DNA of 64,000 bases from an uncultured delta proteobacterium (GTDB taxonomy: Bacteria; Desulfobacterota; BSN033; UBA1163). The notes under the pieces are model-generated. The model saw only the letters and a list, made by a program, of their open reading frames with translations. It searched no databases and was not told the DNA's origin. A program made the position numbers and the translations under genes. Below are positions 63,793 to 64,000 of this stretch, one piece after another. The stretch lies in NCBI GenBank assembly GCA_963708295.1, contig CAVPSJ010000017.1:532879-596878 (forward strand). The letters run 5' to 3'. Position 1 is the stretch's first letter, and every line of letters begins with the position of its first letter.

Positions 63793-63999
63793 TTAGTTTT
63801 TCCGCATGATGTGGCTGACCGCTTTCTCCAGGCCATCGAGGGTCAGCTCGAACATGGGGAAAATCTCGCGGATGTGGGCGATGCTTCGAGTATAGGGCCA
63901 GTCCTGCGCAAGAACCGGATTGATCCAAACAGAATGGGGGAAGGTTTTGGCGATAAACTGCAGCCTCTGATAACTGGGTTTGCCCGATCTTTCTTCAAT
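63793..63999 (-). CDS. VWA/CoxE-like protein, C-terminal end (partial)
   Basis: FPHSVWINP...W.YT.SI..I..IFPMFELTLDGLEKAV..IM. Confidence 0.7.
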   Translation of the reverse strand: MEERSGKPSYQRLQFIAKTFPHSVWINPVLAQDWPYTRSIAHIREIFPMFELTLDGLEKAVSHIMRKN

Positions 64000-64000
64000 A

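Overview
Chromosomal window from an anaerobic bacterium, most likely Desulfobacterota/deltaproteobacterial judging by gene content and repeat families (inference). From left to right: (i) an NtrC-type regulator and ppiD; (ii) a split type II fatty-acid/polyketide-like cluster with an acyl-CoA dehydrogenase, a catalytically dead ketosynthase, three B12-binding radical SAM enzymes, FabG, and an intact FabF about 10 kb further on; (iii) a minus-strand accessory island inside that cluster, carrying a toxin-antitoxin pair, a haem-GGDEF protein, an outer-membrane barrel and integron-like cassettes with attC sites but no integrase in the window; (iv) acn-icd-korDABC, panC, proC, AOR/MoaD and acs; (v) an ~18 kb redox locus made of a motif-degenerate Fd-NuoF-GltD flavoprotein, a receiver protein and a GAF kinase, followed by a DRTGG/CBS-kinase/PHP regulatory cassette and a HydABCSL-like group 3 [NiFe]-hydrogenase with a GltD-fused diaphorase; (vi) a divergent SecY paralogue fused to a zinc ribbon and a DUF2007-like domain. 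Many genes, mostly at 40.9-57.8 kb, are broken by single-base indels that look like assembly errors, so coordinates there are reconstructed and approximate. Intergenic spaces contain many REP/MITE-like palindromes. I found no rRNA, tRNA or CRISPR array.
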